NCBI GenBank assembly: GCA_013239625.1
Contig: MU053934.1
Coordinates: forward strand, 12,621,413 to 12,681,412
DNA from: Lama guanicoe
Lineage: Eukaryota
Length of the DNA: 60,000 bases
Direction: 5' to 3'
The position numbers were made by a program, and so were the translations under genes. Below are positions 10,101 through 24,831 of this stretch, piece after piece (the first letter of the stretch is position 1; every line of letters starts with the position of its first letter). Below the pieces are notes generated by a model. The model worked only from the letters and a program-made list of their open reading frames with translations. It did no database searches and was not told the origin of the DNA.

Positions 10101-12459
10101 CCAGATGAAAAACATCTCGTTCTGCGGCTGCCACCCCCGCAACAGCTGGTGAGAGCCTGAGCCACCCCATAGTCCCCGAGGGCTGCCCGCACACAGTCCC
10201 GCCTTCCACCCCCCACACCCATTTAGCTCCATGAGCTGAGCCCCCACATGGCACCCACTCTGCTGGGCTCAGGAGACAAGGATCAGACAGACACACAGAC
10301 AAGTAGTGCTGGAAGCACCTGTAGGGGATCTGGTGGACGTCTGTATGGGGCTCCAGTGGTGGGGCCACTCAAGAGGCAACTGAAGAGCACTCTGCAAGCC
10401 TTGAAAGACAAGTAGGTGATAGGGTGGGTCTTCTTGGCTGGGGGCCAGCTGAGCCAAAGCTGTGGGCAAGGGACACTAGGGTCTTGGGGAGCAGCTGGAA
10501 TAAAGCTTGAAGGACACTTGGGGTACCTGTGTCCTTCTGACTGTTCCAGGGAGCTTGTACTTAATCCCACTGATGGTGGGGTCACAGTATGACAGGTTGA
10601 CAAACTGGCTCTGGCTGCTGGGCAGAGTGGAAGGACCCGGGTGCTGCGTCCTGCAGGCATTCAGGAGGAGGGGCAGGCAGGACCTGGGTCGATAGGATGT
10701 GGTTGATTGGCTGACCTGGAGGGAGAATCAAGGGTGACCTGGGTGTTAGGAAGATAGGAGCCCACATACCAAGAGAAGAGGTATGTGAGTGGCCAGTCAG
10801 GCTGGTGGTACAGTATCCAATCGCAGACGCAGTGAGACTGACGTGGCTGTTGTTACGTGGGTCTGAATGTGGAAAGGAGACCTGGGGGGAGGAATGTTTC
10901 CAAGCAGGTGGGTAACTTTGGCCATGAAGCACATAGGAAGCCAGACAGAGTGAGAAGAGACTGGGCTGAAAGGGGAGAAGCATGACCACTGTGTGCCCAG
11001 CCAGACTCCTGCGCACGGATCCCAGTGCCCCAGATGAAGGAGAGAGAAGGAGCTACCCAGCGAGGGAGACAGAGGCACACAGAGGCTCAAAGCGCCCGGT
11101 GGTATTTGGAGAAGTGGGTCCTCAAGGGAGGCAGGATGTGGGAAGGGCAAGCTGCTGCTGGGCCTGGCCTGTGACCGATGCCAAGGCCAGCACATGTGTC
11201 ACCTGGACGTTGTGGCAAGAGAGTGAGGAGGGCTGTGTCTGCTGGCCGGCGGTGATATCAACCCTCAGCGGGGTCAGAGTCCTGTTTGGCGGCTTCTCCA
11301 TTGACAAGGGAGGTGGTTTGAGGGGTCCTCTGTATAGGTGCTGCTCTGAGGGATGGAGGGCTAGGGTAGAGGGCCAAGGCTTAGCCCGGACGGTGGGCCC
11401 GGGGTGGGGCTGGGCAGGCTCATGGTGTCATGTGACATGACAAGGAAGAGTCAGCCAGGATGTGGTGTCCAAAAGACAGGGGAGAGGCCTGGCTCTGTGG
11501 TCCAGGCTCGGGGGAGGGCGAGGGTAGGGGAGGCACAGAGATGGATGGCAGTGGCTGGGGAGAAGGAAGACGCAGCTGGACACCCCTGTGGTGAAGAAGT
11601 TCACGTAGGTCATTAACTCTTCACAGATGCCCAGCACTGTGTTTGGACAGGGACCCAAAAGGGGGACTCAAATCTTCAAATCCCATGAGCCGCACATTTC
11701 CCTCACCCCAACTCTCTCCTTGAGCCCTCTGTCCCTGCCTCTTCTCCCCAGTCACTGGGGGCTGAGGTGTGAGTCCGCCTTGGCGTCCCTCCATGCCAAC
11801 TCTCCCTGCCACCCTGCAGCTATTTTGGCTTCATCACCAAACACCCGCTGCTAAGCCGCTTTGCCTGCCATGTCTTCGTCTCCCAGGAGTCGATGAGGCC
11901 CGTGGCCCAAAGTGTGGGGTGAGTGGGTCCGGAGGGTGGGTATAGGATTAGGGTTGGGCCAACGCGAGCAATGGCTGGACTGGCGGGGCAGGGAGCAGAA
12001 CCCATGCAGCAGTGACCTGGGGGGTGAGCAAGCTGGGAGGATGCGGGGATGAGGTTTGGGGAGACTTGGGGACAGGGGAGGTGGGAGAGGAGGAAGGTCA
12101 GGTGAGAGTGATGGAGGTGGAAGGTTGGGAAGGTGGTAGTTGGAACACTTGGGCAGGAGCGTTGGGGGATCCTGGGGATGGAAAGGGGACAGCTGCATTG
12201 CCCGTGGGGGTGGGGGTGAGGGTGGGGGTGGGAAGGCAGCATCGAGGCCAGACAGTAAGGGAAGTGGTCTGTGCTGCGGACATGGTTGCTGGGCCAGGAG
12301 TGCTGAGTGAAGCTGGGGGGTGATGTGGGCAGGCCCAGGTGGGGGGGCTTGGGGGCTTCTGGGGCTGAGGACTCTCTCTCCCCCAGCCGCGCCTTCCTGG
12401 AGTACTACCAGGAGCACCTGGAGTATGCCTGCCCCACCGAGGACATCTACCTGGAGTAG
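3984..12459 (+). CDS. MAPK8IP2: MAPK8IP2 / JIP2 (JNK-interacting protein 2), complete CDS: join(3984..4048,5042..5147,6467..6745,6890..6983,7074..8288,8642..8717,8852..9024,9109..9218,9829..9933,10078..10148,11820..11918,12387..12459); 2466 nt, 821 aa
   Basis: All introns are GT-AG with consistent phases. Starts [48 protein letters not shown]-docking motif [11 protein letters not shown]3 ([16 protein letters not shown]...GVFPAFYA); PTB domain; C-terminal [10 protein letters not shown] kinesin-light-chain motif; synteny with ARSA and SHANK3. Confidence 0.97.
5042..5147 (+). CDS. MAPK8IP2: MAPK8IP2 coding exon 2
   Basis: catcag| [35 protein letters not shown] |gtggga. Confidence 0.95.
6467..6745 (+). 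CDS. MAPK8IP2: MAPK8IP2 coding exon 3 (poly-Glu tract, JNK-binding D-motif)
   Basis: ctgcag| [34 protein letters not shown]...[16 protein letters not shown] |gtgagc. Confidence 0.95.
6890..6983 (+). CDS. MAPK8IP2: MAPK8IP2 coding exon 4
   Basis: tctcag| DSLNNNGGF...QEPLK |gtgagt. Confidence 0.93.
7074..8288 (+). CDS. MAPK8IP2: MAPK8IP2 coding exon 5 (large CpG-rich exon)
   Basis: ctgcag| ...[12 protein letters not shown]...[26 protein letters not shown]...[16 protein letters not shown] |gtgagt; overlaps ORF 7130..8437. Confidence 0.95.
8642..8717 (+). CDS. MAPK8IP2: MAPK8IP2 coding exon 6
   Basis: tctcag| [24 protein letters not shown](R) |gtacag. Confidence 0.95.
8852..9024 (+). CDS. MAPK8IP2: MAPK8IP2 coding exon 7 (SH3 domain)
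   Basis: [57 protein letters not shown] |gtgagg. Confidence 0.96.
9109..9218 (+). CDS. MAPK8IP2: MAPK8IP2 coding exon 8 (start of PTB domain)
   Basis: [36 protein letters not shown] |gtcagt. Confidence 0.95.
9829..9933 (+). CDS. MAPK8IP2: MAPK8IP2 coding exon 9
   Basis: ctccag| [35 protein letters not shown] |gtgggg. Confidence 0.93.
10078..10148 (+). CDS. MAPK8IP2: MAPK8IP2 coding exon 10
   Basis: ttctag| [23 protein letters not shown](C) |gtgaga. Confidence 0.95.
11820..11918 (+). CDS. MAPK8IP2: MAPK8IP2 coding exon 11
   Basis: ctgcag| [32 protein letters not shown](G) |gtgagt. Confidence 0.96.
12387..12459 (+). CDS. MAPK8IP2: MAPK8IP2 final coding exon
   Basis: ccccag| [23 protein letters not shown] (TAG 12457-12459). 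Confidence 0.96.
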
Positions 12460-13092
12460 CCGTCCTGCTACTGGGAGCAGCTGGGGCTGGAGGTGTCTCA
12501 ATAGGCCACCGCAGCTTTGGCAAGGACTGGACTGGGGGCACGTGGGATCTGACATCCAGGGAGTCTCCGGGCTATGCTGGGAACTCTCCTTGCTCCCCTG
12601 GGGCTGCTGGAGAGTGGAGCCTGCGCCTCCGCTTCCCCTGATCCATTCTCTCTCTGTGTCACCTGGTCTGCCCTTGGCCTCCCTCCTCTCTCCTCCTGTC
12701 TGTCTCTGCCCCCTCTGTGCCTGCAAACCCTCTCCCTCTGCTCTTTACTTTGGGGTCAGAACTGGGAGGGGTGTGTGGCGGAAGCTCCCAGGTGATTCCC
12801 CCCTCCCACTCGCCCCCTGTGATTTATAAAGGAATTTTAATTTTTATAGTGAATATCAAGGAATCTTCCCATCCTTGACCATAGGAACCAAGAGAGGGAC
12901 CCCATACTGCCCCCCACAGAGGTCAGGGGAGGCGGGAAGGAGTTCCTCAGAAGGGCCCTGGGGGGACTAGGAGCCGTTCCTGATGCTCACCCCAAGCCCC
13001 AGACGCTGCTAGGAGGAGGTGCCCGGCCCCGGGCCCCGGCCACACCAGCACCTGCTTTGCCGCTGCAAACACTCCCCGCAGTCCAGCACCTC

Positions 13093-13098
13093 AATAAA
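13093..13098 (+). terminator. MAPK8IP2: Probable MAPK8IP2 poly(A) signal AATAAA
   Basis: AATAAA ~630 nt after the stop codon, followed by GT-rich sequence (ggtgtgaccctggctgtttctgggg). Confidence 0.7.
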
Positions 13099-15470
13099 CT
13101 CTCTGCTTGGTGTGACCCTGGCTGTTTCTGGGGTTGGGGAAGCAGGCGCAGGGCCAGGTGCCGCCCATGGCACGGGGACCAAGCCGTGAGGAGGTTTACC
13201 CTTTCAGTGCTCTCCAAAACCATGTCGGGAATTCTCCCCAAATGCTCCCGGTTGGTCAGCGAGGAAGCTGAGACCAGAGAGAAGCGGTCATGGGATGTGT
13301 GTTCCTTCCACCTGTGCAGGAGTGGGTGTGCAAGGGGGTCTGAGGGTGTGCGTGCTCATGACTGTACGTGCGCGCTTGTGAGTGTGTGTGAGACAGCAGG
13401 GGTCAATCTGCTTCAATCTTAAGCCTGGGATTTTCCGAATTTTCCACAGAAAGCCAGAGGAAAAAAGGTGACTATTTTTCACTATGCCCTAGGTGATTAT
13501 AGATGCTACCTCCTGGAGAAAGGGCTTTCCTGCTCTCCTGTCCCTGAATGAGCCCCAGCTCTCAGGTGCTGAGGTCAGCATGCAGTCAGTGCCTTCCTGA
13601 GGGTGGGCCTGGGCCCCTAACCCTGAGCCCAGGATGAGAGCAACACCAGGAAGACAACAGGCGAGGCTACGAAACAGGAGTGAACAGCTGCAAGTTCAGA
13701 CAGATTCATTCCCTGAAGACTGAAAACTGCTGTCTGTAAAAATCACACACTCTGCTCTAGTCAAGGGCAACCAGCAAATGGAAATACAGTCACAGCATTA
13801 GGGGTCAGTAAATGCCCCACACCTTCAGCATTTGGGAAGCCCCTGCTCAGGCCAGGGCTCCAGACCAGCGGCACGCCAGCACCCGGGAACATGGCAACCA
13901 CGCGGCAAGAAGACCAAGTAGAGCATCTGTGGGAAAACGCTCCTACTGACTGAAATTGAAAGAGGCGTGGATGTGTTTGTTGGAAGCTTGTACCTTCTCT
14001 GCTGCTGGGCGTGGGGCGTGCCCTCCGACCCCACGGCTGTAACACTCGCCTTCTGCTCTCTGTCCGGAGGGAATGCCCCACACCCCCCAGGCCCGTCTCA
14101 GGGAAGGCGCCATTTGCTCAGCCAGCCTGAGTCCCTGCTGGGCTCAGTCCCTCCCCCACTCATCTTCCCACTTCTTTGTATCATTAACTTTTCCCTTCCT
14201 GCTGGCCCTTTAGGACAGCTGTTGGACATGCTTGGGCTTCCTTCACCTGGAACAGCTCCTGCTCTGTGGGGCCTCCCCACACCTGCCCACTTCCTCCACC
14301 TCTCTGGCCCCTTCCTGCACCTCGCCGAATGTTCCTTCTCAGACCTCGTGGTCTCCAGCTGCGCTGCGCTCCAGACCCCCACTCCGGCTCTGTCCTGGGC
14401 TCTCCCTCGCTGGCTTCCTTCCTCCCCGAGGACTCACCTTCCCTGTGCTGAGGGCCCCAGCGGCTTACCTCTGACCTTCAGTGGCACTCCCTGGGCCAGC
14501 CACTGGCCGGGTGCTTTGTGAGTTTTCATAAATATAGTGACCCTCGCAAGGGCGCTGGGGTGCAGAGGAACAAAACACAGGCACAGAACTTACATAAGCC
14601 TTTCCCCCACCTGCCCCCATTCTGTGATCTGTGTTTTACGCTTTTTTCCACTTTCCTGAGCTGGAGTCCTGGAGTCACCCTAGACTGCCCCTGCTGTCAC
14701 CTTCATCCCCACCCCGTCACCCCTACATCTGCCTGTCCCCCTCCCTGCCTCTACTTAGATCAAACCACCTTGAGTTGTTGCCTGGATCTTTATGCAACAA
14801 GCAGCCTCCTCCAGGCTCCCTGCCTCCACCTGTGTCTGCAAATCCACCTGCACCTGCAACCAGACCAGGATTTTTAAACAGAAACCTGAGCAGGCCCCTC
14901 ACCCTCAGATTCTGCTGTGGTTCGCTGTTGAACTTCAGCCTGCCCCATCCCTGCGCCTCTCCAGCCCCGTCTTCCCTCTACCCCATTTCTGCCCTTAGAA
15001 CCTGGGCTTCCTGCGGGCATCCACTACCCTTCTCTGCATGTTGCTGTGTGAACTCCTGTCCTTCTGGATGCCAGGGGCCCTGGCCCTGCCTGCCCCCCTG
15101 CAGAGGCTGCCGACCGTGAGTCCGAGCGCAAGACGTGGCTAATGACCTCATACTCCCAGAGCCTGGTGCAGAACCTGGTGAGCCCCCCATGCCAGGACTC
15201 TGACTTCTGGAAATCCAGCCAAGGATAGTACCCTAAATGAAAAGCTCTGTACACGTTCTTGTTTAAGGTGTTGAAAGCATAAATACAATCTAAATATTGA
15301 CCACTAGGGTTAACTAAATTAAGGTATATTTACCTAGTTGTAATACTGGGCAGATATGAAAAACTGTGCTTACAAATATTTAGCAATAATACAGAAAATA
15401 TTTGTCATGCTGTTAAGGAAAAAAATATGCAGAATCTGTGCTAGAAACTATGTTGAAAAAGACTGAAAGG

Positions 15471-15535
15471 TTGACACAACATTGTGAACTGACTATACTT
15501 CAATAAAAAAAAAGGTCAAAAAACAAAATAAAACG
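15471..15535 (+). mobile_element. Ultra-short 5'-truncated L1 3' end with TSD
   Basis: acacaacattgtgaactgactatacttcAATAAA plus A tail; 13-bp TSD aaagactgaaagg (15458-15470 / 15536-15548). Confidence 0.75.
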
Positions 15536-18500
15536 AAAGACTGAAAGGGAACACACAGGCTCAGCCATTGATGCTGGAGGTGGGGCTGAGGGTTTCTCTT
15601 CCTTTTTCTCTGCAATGAACAGGTCTTAATTGTTTCAAGCATTATATGTTGCTTACTAGGGACCTCCAAATGCAAACAGAAACAGCCACAGAAAACCTAA
15701 AAATAAAAAAGTAAAGATACATTAATTAAGCACAAACAAAAAAAGTTATTTTGGCCACTATAAAAATACCTGTCTCATAGGGTTACTAGAAACTTCACTG
15801 AGCTCACCTGTCACGCTGAGGGCAGCACTCCAGTGAGTAAACGCTCCTTACTTTTATAAACACCATGTGAAGTAGAATTTCTCTATTTTATTTTTTAAGT
15901 ATTATTTTTCCACTATAAAGAGTAGACATGATCATTATAGAAAATTTGGAAACTACAGGAAAAAGAAAGAAAGGTAAAAAAGCCTTCCTTTTTTTTAACT
16001 TAAAGACAACTATTGCTAATATTTTGGTGTATTTTTTCCAGTCTCCTTTCTATATGTGGGTTAGATTTTATTATGTTTGAGGCCAGAAAAAAGATTGGGA
16101 GAATCAAGGAAGAATTTAAAGCAAAAAGATAAAGGCAAAGTGGCCAAAATCATCACAAAATAAAGAATGGTGGTCTCAGCACGGTGTCTAGTTATGAGAA
16201 AACAGACCAAGAAATTCATGATGCAAAATGTTTGAGTGGCAAGAAAAGGGGAAAAACATAATCACCGATAAAAAAAATATAACCATAAGGTAAGACAAAC
16301 ACATGTACCCCGGAGCTTACATTCTGCATGTGTAGCGTGCCCTTCTTTCTGGTCGTCAGTAGGAACATTTCAGCCAGTTCGGTAAGTCTTGCGATGGGTG
16401 TGGTGCAAAGCATTCCGCTCTAAGACCAGTCTAATCAGTCAGGGCGCTTCTTGTGTGGCAGGAGGTCTGGAGGCTGGTGTGGCTGCTAGAAGGTGACATC
16501 AAGGACCACAGGCTCCTCCCTGCATCCTGCATCCTGAGTGTGTGGCCTTTGTCTTCATGATGGCCAGAGGGCTGCTGTAACTCCAAGCATTGTGCTCAGT
16601 TCCAGGCAGGAGGATGTGCAAGAGCAGAGGGGCAGGCGGCTGGTTTTGCAAAAGCTTCACTGTGTGCTGGAGTGAGGAGTGGGCAGGAGTGCAGCAGGGA
16701 GGGAGCAAAAGCCAGCCTGAGGCTCATCCCAGAGGCTGGGAGCTTTTCTGAGAAGCTAGGGTGCGAATTCCTCCCAGAGGCTGAGGAGCAGAAACATTTA
16801 CCGCTGGCTCCTGGCCCCCACTGGCTAAGGGCCACCCCAGGAGCGTTCATCCCCTGCCCTTCAGAGCAGCTCAGGTGTGGGCTGAGTGCAAAGTGAAGAA
16901 GCAGGTCCCCTAAGGACCACCCCGTCAGCTGCAGCTAAGGTCAGAGGACCCACCCAGGCTTCTGACCCTTTAAAGCTGAGCAGCCATCCTGACATCCTCG
17001 CAAGAGGCACAGTGAGCAAACCCACCAACAGGGTTCCGGGCCCCCCTGGGTGAGGGTGATGGGGAAGTACATGGTAACCCCAAAGAGGGGACGTGAAGGA
17101 ACATTGCCTTGGTGCTAAGCAGAGCAACGGTACCAGGCCTCCTACCCTCAAGACAGCCACTGTGAGCTGACCTCACCTGGTTTGCAGGTGTGAACACAGG
17201 TGTGGCAGGATGTGTGCAGGTGTGAGGTGTGTGTGGGACAGGAGTTGATGCATAGCATGGAGTCTCTCCCCAGGTGTGCCCCCCATCTCCTGCCTGGGTT
17301 AGGTTTTATGGGATAGTCAAAAAACCCAGCATACAGGCAGGCCTTTTCTCGAGTCCTGGTTTCTGTCCGGTGTCAGCACTGACAGAATCCTGTCAGCTGC
17401 ACCGGGTGCCTCCGCCTCACACCGGTGAGTGGAATCTTCTTATACATAGAGCTTTGTATGGAGGAGGATAAAACAATTTAGCCTAAAAACTGCCTCAGCC
17501 ATCATTTGGGTTGATGACAGAAGAACAACTTTGATTTTATTTCTTATTTCTTTTGTGCAAATTGGGAGCAGATAAGAGTAGCCAGCCGAGGCACATAACC
17601 TGCAGGAGGTAGCCTGGCTCCTGCTTCTGCAGAACTGGCTCATCGCACGGGGCGGCCCTAACCCTGGAGACAGACAGAACCCTAGCCCTGGAGAGCAGGA
17701 GCCCCTGTGCTCCCCTGGGGGTCCTGCATGAGCTCACACCGAGAGGACACTGACCGCCCCGAGGTGTCTCAGCCTTGCCCTTGTGGTCAGCTCCTGGGAG
17801 GGGAGTGGAGCCAGCAGCCTCAGCCCCACCAGCCACTAGGACCTCACCCTGTCCTTCCTCAGTGACCCCCATCCTGCTCACATGGCAGGTGTCTCAGGGC
17901 AGGTGACGTGTCCTAGGCAGGGATGGCGAAGGAAAGGAGGGTCTTGTTCAGGAGGGTACATGCCCAGAGTGGGCAGCAGGATGGGCACAGGTGGACCCCT
18001 AAGGGCGGCGCCTCGGGGTCTCCAGGGACCAGTCCCCCATCCTCCACCCCAAACACACAATATATTACACTGAACCTGTCTGTGGCAGCACCGTCCCCTG
18101 GAGGGCAGGGATGTCCCATCCCTCCTAGCCCCAGTCCACATTTGCTGGGATCAGGAGAGTGGGGTTAGTTTTTAATCTCCTTCTGTATCAGTGAGCATTC
18201 TGTGGTCGCAACCCTGCTATAGAAACCAACTCTGGGAAACTTAGCTAAAAGGAAATGTATTGGGAGGGTGCTGGGGACTCCCGGGTGGAAAAGAAGGCAC
18301 AAAGGGGCACATGGCTGCTCGGGCACGGTGTGGGTGGGGGTGGCAGCAACTCCCTCGTGGTGGAGCTGGCCCCTCCCCCACTCTCTGGGCCCCCACCCCC
18401 TGAAGATCCACCTCTGGGCAGGAACAGGCATAGGAACAGACCCTCCAGGCTGGAGGGGGGCTATGATCCCCAACAGGGAAGCGGGTGCCCTTGGGGAGGG

Positions 18501-19771
18501 CAGGCCCTGGACCCCACATCAAAGTGGCCGTTCACTCCACATTGCTGTCGTGTTTGCAAAATGATGAGGAAAGGCTTCCACTCTTGGGTGGAATCCTGGG
18601 CCCGCCACACCCAAACTGCTCCCTCCCTTCAGGCCCGTCACTAGTCAGCTCTGACCACACCCTCCCCGAGTGCTCCCCTATGGGGCTCTTCCTGCTCGCT
18701 GTGGGGGGAGCCAGGCTGCCAAGGAGAACGCAGCTTGTGCTGCAGGAGGCCACGCTTCCGCCCCCAGGGCTGCAGCCACCTGACGAAGGGCCTTCCCATG
18801 AAGGAGCCGAGGAGGCTGGGGGCACAAATAAATGCACTTCCCCCTCTGTTACTGCTCCCCTCCGTCCCCAACACCAGGCCTGGGGCCAAGATGGGGTCAG
18901 GACTCTCCAGACGCTGGACAGGCACTGTCCAGGTGCCATGAGGGCCAGGGTTGAGTTAAACGCTCAGAGTTAAAATGTATGATTCTCGTGAGCACACACC
19001 CACCTGGTAGCGAGGCCCATCTCAGAATGAGCTGCAGGCCCTGTCTAGGGCACCCTAACAAGGACGTGTTACTTTCGTGATGAAAAATATTCGGAGAAGA
19101 GAATTTTATTCCATGGAAACAGCTCCTTTTGCTCCCCCTTCTGGTCACTCAGGGGAGACGCAAGCACCTGAGCAGGGAGGAGAGTAGTGGAGGGCCCAGG
19201 ATGTCTCCTCTTCCTCCCTACACACCTGAGGGGAAACCACTGCCCCGACAAGTGTGCTGTTCCATTCATTCCAAACACATGTAGCTCCTTCCAGAGGAGA
19301 CGGGGCTCCTTGAGGAAGCTGCTTGGTGGGAGTGGATGTTCTTAGGCTCACAGAAGGGCTGCTTTTTAAATCAACAGCAGCAGAGAAGGGACACTGCAGA
19401 CAGCATTTGGAGCCGCAAGTGTGTGTGAATACGCGTGTGTGCCTGTCAGGGGTATACGCCTGTTTGCGGGCACGTGTGCACGAATGTGGGAGTGTGTATA
19501 CACACCAGGGCCCGCATGAGGAGGGTGTATCACACTAAAGCACTAAAACGAGAACAAGCTTTTCTGCTCTCAAAGCATCATAACCAAGCCAGAAGTGGAA
19601 GGGGAGAGGAGAACCTTGCATGCAGAGGGTGGTATGATTGCCCCTCCTCAGGTCTCAGCAGAAGGGAAGCAGCATTGACTGGTTCAATGATCTCTCCCCC
19701 ACTCACCCCATGATTATGCTTTTGTAGGACCAAGGACTCTTCCTCTGTGGCATTTATCAGGGTTAAATTTT

Positions 19772-19990
19772 TTTCTTCCAGTTTTACTGAGATATAATTG
19801 ACACAATCATGATTAAATTTTAATTTCTATTGAAGTATAAAAAAACATGGCATCAAAAAGTGCACAAATCTTTAGTATGTAGCTTGACAGCTTTATACAT
19901 ACGTGTGCACCATGTTTCCACCTCTCTTTCAAGCCAGAGAACTTCTGTAGGACCTGGCAGTTCCCTATTGTCTTTCCCAGGCAATACCCT
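19772..19990 (-). mobile_element. Antisense L1 3'-end fragments (short insert beside an older L1M tail)
   Basis: ttttactgagatataattgacac flanked by near-TSD atcagggttaaatttt / atcatgattaaatttt; then aaagtgcacaaatctttagtatgtagcttga. Confidence 0.6.
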
Positions 19991-20599
19991 CTTAGCCAAA
20001 CCCAAGAGGCAGAGGTCATGAGCACACTGAACTCAATGCGGTCTGAGAGGTCAGGGCTGATGCTAACCTCCTGTGCTAGACACTCAGCATCATGAGAGCA
20101 GGGAAGCGGCCCCTCTGCTGACCTGTGCCCCAGCACTAAGCACAGCCTTCGGTGGTAAATAAAGGCCCGTGGAACGAATACAGTGATGCTCACCATCCGC
20201 AACAGACCTGGACAAGGTGCCTGCAGGTTGTGCCTAAGCGTGGGCAACCATTTCATTCTTGCTGGAGCGTATGATCGTCGGATGTGATGCAGAGATCAGG
20301 CGCCTGCTTCTGTTCTTCTCTGTCCTCATCCTGAAACCAAGGCACCTTGATGCAGCTACCAGCTGCAGGCCGCAAGGGGCGGTCCCCCCTTATGCCAGTG
20401 TCAGTGGCTGAAGAGGCCCCCAAGGAAACCACTGCCCTATGGGGCAGCTCCAAGACACAGCAGGATTTGGGGTATGGTTAGTCTCCAAACCAGACTAGAA
20501 GTAATGGGAGAGTCACAGAAGAGGCCTCAGCACCCTGTATCTCACACATAGGCTCACTCAGGAAGCCCAAGCACACAAACTCATGCCCTTTGCAAGTCA

Positions 20600-21000
20600 T
20601 TCCAGGAAGAATGCTTTCGGCTGCAAGTAATAAGACAATGCAATGGCAGTGGCTTAAACAGGCTGGTTTATTTCCTTACATTGTGAGCTCTGGGGGTACA
20701 TGACTGGAGACTCTGGCTGCATGATGTCTGGTCAGGGCCAGTGATGCCACAGCACCGTCCTCACCAACCAGAGGATGAATGCTGAAGAGGACCCAGGGAT
20801 CCAGTGGGTTGCCCCGACCTTTCACTGACCAGGACCCTTGGTCACGTGCTGCTCCTGGACCAATCACTGGACTGTGGCTCAGACTGGCTACCACCCTCCT
20901 AGGACTAGGAGAGGCTGTACCTTGGAGGTCAAGGGGCCTCTGCACACCAGTGAAAAAGCAGGGGTCCATTAGTAGGAAGGGGACAGCTGTTTGGTCAACC
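20600..21000 (-). mobile_element. MLT1-like LTR remnant
   Basis: gctttcggctgcaagtaataagac...agtggcttaaacagg...ttatttccttacat, typical of an MLT1 3' end in reverse. Confidence 0.5.
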
Positions 21001-21570
21001 ACGAGAAAAAGATACCCATTTCGGGGTCTTGAGCAACCAGACAGCACTCTTCTCATTCAACCCATGCTGAGGGAGCACGTGGGGTGTGACGGCCGCTCTG
21101 GGAGCAGGTGATCTGACATCGGCACACACACAGGGTAACCCCACAAGGGCTATGTTTGCCATGCAGACGCAGGTGGGTGGGCAGTCAGGAGGCCCTAGGC
21201 AGAGCCAATGAGCACCTTGGCCTGACAATCGGCAGCCAGGCCAGCTGCCAGGGCTAGGAGGGAAGGGGTGTGGGGTGGGCATGGTAGCTGCTCCAAGGAG
21301 TCTGGGGTCTAGTCTGAGCATGATGGTAAGTCTGCAGTTTTGAGCAGGAATGGAGCCAAACCTGATGTGTTTTCAAGAGATTACTTTGCTGGGTGTAGGC
21401 TGGCTTCTGTGGGTGAAGCCAGGAGACTGGAAATGTGTGTGTACTGGGAAACACAGAGCTTTGGAGGGGGCGCAGGGGTGCCGGGAGGGGGCCTTAGGAG
21501 CTGCTGACGTGCCTTCCTCAGAGCTGGCAGGGCCCCCAGCCCACTTCACCACACAGAATGTGCATCTCAG

Positions 21571-21700
21571 GTGGCGGGAGGGTATAGCTCACGTGGTAGA
21601 GTGCATGCTTAGCATATACAAGGTTCTGAATTCAATCCCTAGTACCTCCTCTAAAAATAAGTAAATAAAACCTAATTATCTGCCCCCTCCCCCAAAACAA
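21571..21700 (+). mobile_element. tRNA-derived SINE (camelid Vic-1-like)
   Basis: gggagggtatagctcacgtggtagagtgcatgcttagc...ttcaatccctagtacctcc plus A-rich tail; TSD core tgcatctc (21561-21568 / 21703-21710). Confidence 0.85.
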
Positions 21701-21954
21701 CATGCATCTCCTCACCCGCCTTCAGACAGGTTTCTGATACGAACCAGTGTGGTCCAGTTCCTGCGCTTCTTCCCGAGCAAAACCTGGTTCTTATGGGCAC
21801 TTTGTGTCTTTGGGGTCTGCTGTCCACCTTGCCCTCACCACCCCCAACCCCTGTTCCTGGTTAGGGTTAGCACCTAGCACTGCTCCCAGGAATGGACATA
21901 CCCACACTTGCCACCACACTTGTCTGCACTGACACGAACAATCAGCAGGGGGAT

Positions 21955-22123
21955 GGGGTTAGAATTCCAGCCCAAACTCTCACTGCTGGGCGACCCCAGA
22001 TAGGTCGCATGACCTCTCCATGCCTCAGGTTCCCCGCGTGTAACAGGCAGAGCCGCACCTATCTCAGGGCTAGCACAAGGATCACGTGAATTGTCACACA
22101 GACCAGTGTCAGCTGGTGTTATT
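21955..22123 (+). mobile_element. MIR SINE remnant directly 3' of ARSA
   Basis: gggttagaattccagc...acctctccatgcctcaggttccccgcgtgtaa...acctatctcagggctagcacaaggatcacgtga...tgtcagctggtgttatt follows the order of the MIR consensus. Confidence 0.65.
22118..22123 (-). terminator. ARSA: ARSA proximal non-canonical poly(A) signal AATAAC
   Basis: Minus strand reads gctAATAACaccag ~100 nt after the stop. Same hexamer and approximate position as the human proximal signal (c.*96). Confidence 0.75.
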
Positions 22124-22221
22124 AGCTCTCAGGTAGAAACCACCTGCACACATCCACAGCACACCAATGAACCAATTCCTGGGCAGGGCGAGGGGCCCTG
22201 GGCTGGCCTCTACCAGGGCTC

Positions 22222-24831
<2,610 letters not shown>

